The translations under genes and the position numbers were made by a program. The notes below the pieces were generated by a model. The model had not been told where the DNA came from and searched no databases. It saw only the letters and a program-made list of their open reading frames with translations. A stretch of DNA of 64,000 nt from Candidatus Krumholzibacteriia bacterium (GTDB taxonomy: Bacteria > Krumholzibacteriota > Krumholzibacteriia > LZORAL124-64-63): contig JADGDU010000014.1 in assembly GCA_016744705.1 (NCBI GenBank), positions 22,820 through 86,819 of the forward strand. The letters are read 5' to 3'. Below, piece by piece: positions 63,193 to 64,000 of the stretch. The first letter of the stretch is position 1. Every line of letters begins with the position of its first letter.

Positions 63193-63443
63193 CCAGACTG
63201 ACACGTTCCTATGTGGCGGTTCTTCTGCTGCTCTCCTTGGGCCTGTTCCTTGTACTGGCCGATACTCTTATTGCCTCCCGCCCCGGTGAAGTCTCCGGGG
63301 CGGTGGCTTTCAGCGCTTTACCCGGCCATGCTCTGGCGGTGCCATATTTTGAGGCTCGCTGGCGGGTTTTGGGTGATGACTCAGGCGCTCTTTTTCCGGG
63401 CATGAGACCCCTCAGCACAATGGACTTTGTTTATGCTCCATAG
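63189..63443 (+). CDS. Small hypothetical membrane protein (GTG start overlapping the upstream stop)
   Basis: 84 aa with one TM helix. GTGA overlap with the NosL-like gene. Weak support. Confidence 0.3.
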   Translation: MTRLTRSYVAVLLLLSLGLFLVLADTLIASRPGEVSGAVAFSALPGHALAVPYFEARWRVLGDDSGALFPGMRPLSTMDFVYAP

Positions 63444-64000
63444 CGCCTTTTGGAATTTCCTTTTTCTATCGCTGCACCGTAACCGGAGCCGCCATGTGGC
63501 CGTGATGCTCATGGCCACTCTGGTGGTGACTTTGTTGTGCTCGGTGATGTTTTTGGCTTCGGCCATCCGCCGGGATGTTGGTCACACCCTGGATCAGCAG
63601 GCCGATATCATTGTGCAGAAAATTCGCGGGGGTAAAGCGGTGGATCTGCCCGCCGGTTGGGCAGCGGAATTCGCGGACATTCCTGGGGTGAGGGCGGCTG
63701 TTCCCCGGGTTTTTGGACGGTACTTCCATGAGCCCAACGGCCGATACTTTACTGTGGTGGGTATCGATCCTTTTGATACCCAAACGGCCACCACTTTTCA
63801 GGAACTGATCGATGGCATCGATTTAAAATCCTTTCTGGCCAGCCCCAGTATGATTGTGGGCCTAGGCGTGCGAGACTTTCTGGACAACAACCATTACGCC
63901 GGAAAATATGACTTCGTCACGCCCAGCCAGGAGCGCGTAGAGGTTCGCATTGCCGAGACTTTTCCCCCGCAGAGCGATCTCTTCACCAACGACATGGTGA
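63433..64000 (+). CDS. FtsX/MacB-like ABC transporter permease, truncated by the window end
   Basis: ATG at 63433. N-terminal TM helix followed by a MacB-periplasmic-domain-like region (IIVQKIRGG...AEFADIPGVRAAVPRVFG). No stop before nt 64000. It is absent from the ORF track because it is open-ended. Confidence 0.6.
   Translation, partial: MLHSAFWNFLFLSLHRNRSRHVAVMLMATLVVTLLCSVMFLASAIRRDVGHTLDQQADIIVQKIRGGKAVDLPAGWAAEFADIPGVRAAVPRVFGRYFHEPNGRYFTVVGIDPFDTQTATTFQELIDGIDLKSFLASPSMIVGLGVRDFLDNNHYAGKYDFVTPSQERVEVRIAETFPPQSDLFTNDMV

Overview
Both strands of this 64-kb window are densely coding. I resolve about 60 CDSs and a few hairpin terminators. I see no rRNA, tRNA, CRISPR array, transposase or integrase. 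GC is mid-50s and most genes have AGGAG-type ribosome-binding sites. Gene content points to an uncultivated Gram-negative organism that is anaerobic or microaerophilic: [FeFe]-hydrogenase maturases HydE/F/G, Rex, rubrerythrin, and several large secreted proteins carrying T9SS type-A C-terminal sorting domains.

The two observations I rank highest:
1. A co-directional array on the minus strand, 47748 down to 40206: rex, then a sensory [FeFe]-hydrogenase-like protein fused directly to a histidine kinase, then a REC-histidine-kinase hybrid, then hydG, hydF and hydE. No catalytic hydA is present anywhere in the window. The H-cluster motifs L1 (TSCP), L2 (PCxxKxxE) and L3 (CCKGC) are readable, and a Cx2Cx4Cx16C motif follows them. 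This looks like an H2-sensing two-component system with its own dedicated H-cluster maturation genes.
2. Five unrelated predicted secreted proteins or lipoproteins end in the same short tail, T-x-[EQ]-x-[TS]-[WFY]-x-x-[VIL]-K-[AST]-[ML]-Y-R (one adds a final F). There is no transmembrane segment and the tail is not a T9SS CTD. This may be an undescribed C-terminal sorting or recognition tag. The same window also holds three classical T9SS-CTD cargo proteins.

Other notable genes: a pentaheme c-type cytochrome with a T9SS CTD, a CotH-plus-lamin-tail T9SS protein, a CapA-like phosphoesterase with a T9SS CTD, the ovothiol synthase OvoA, an M28 peptidase fused to a SnoaL-like domain, an MlaFED-like transporter, ettA, a general porin, a tandem NosL-like copper chaperone followed by a truncated FtsX-like permease, and a run of small DUF genes.
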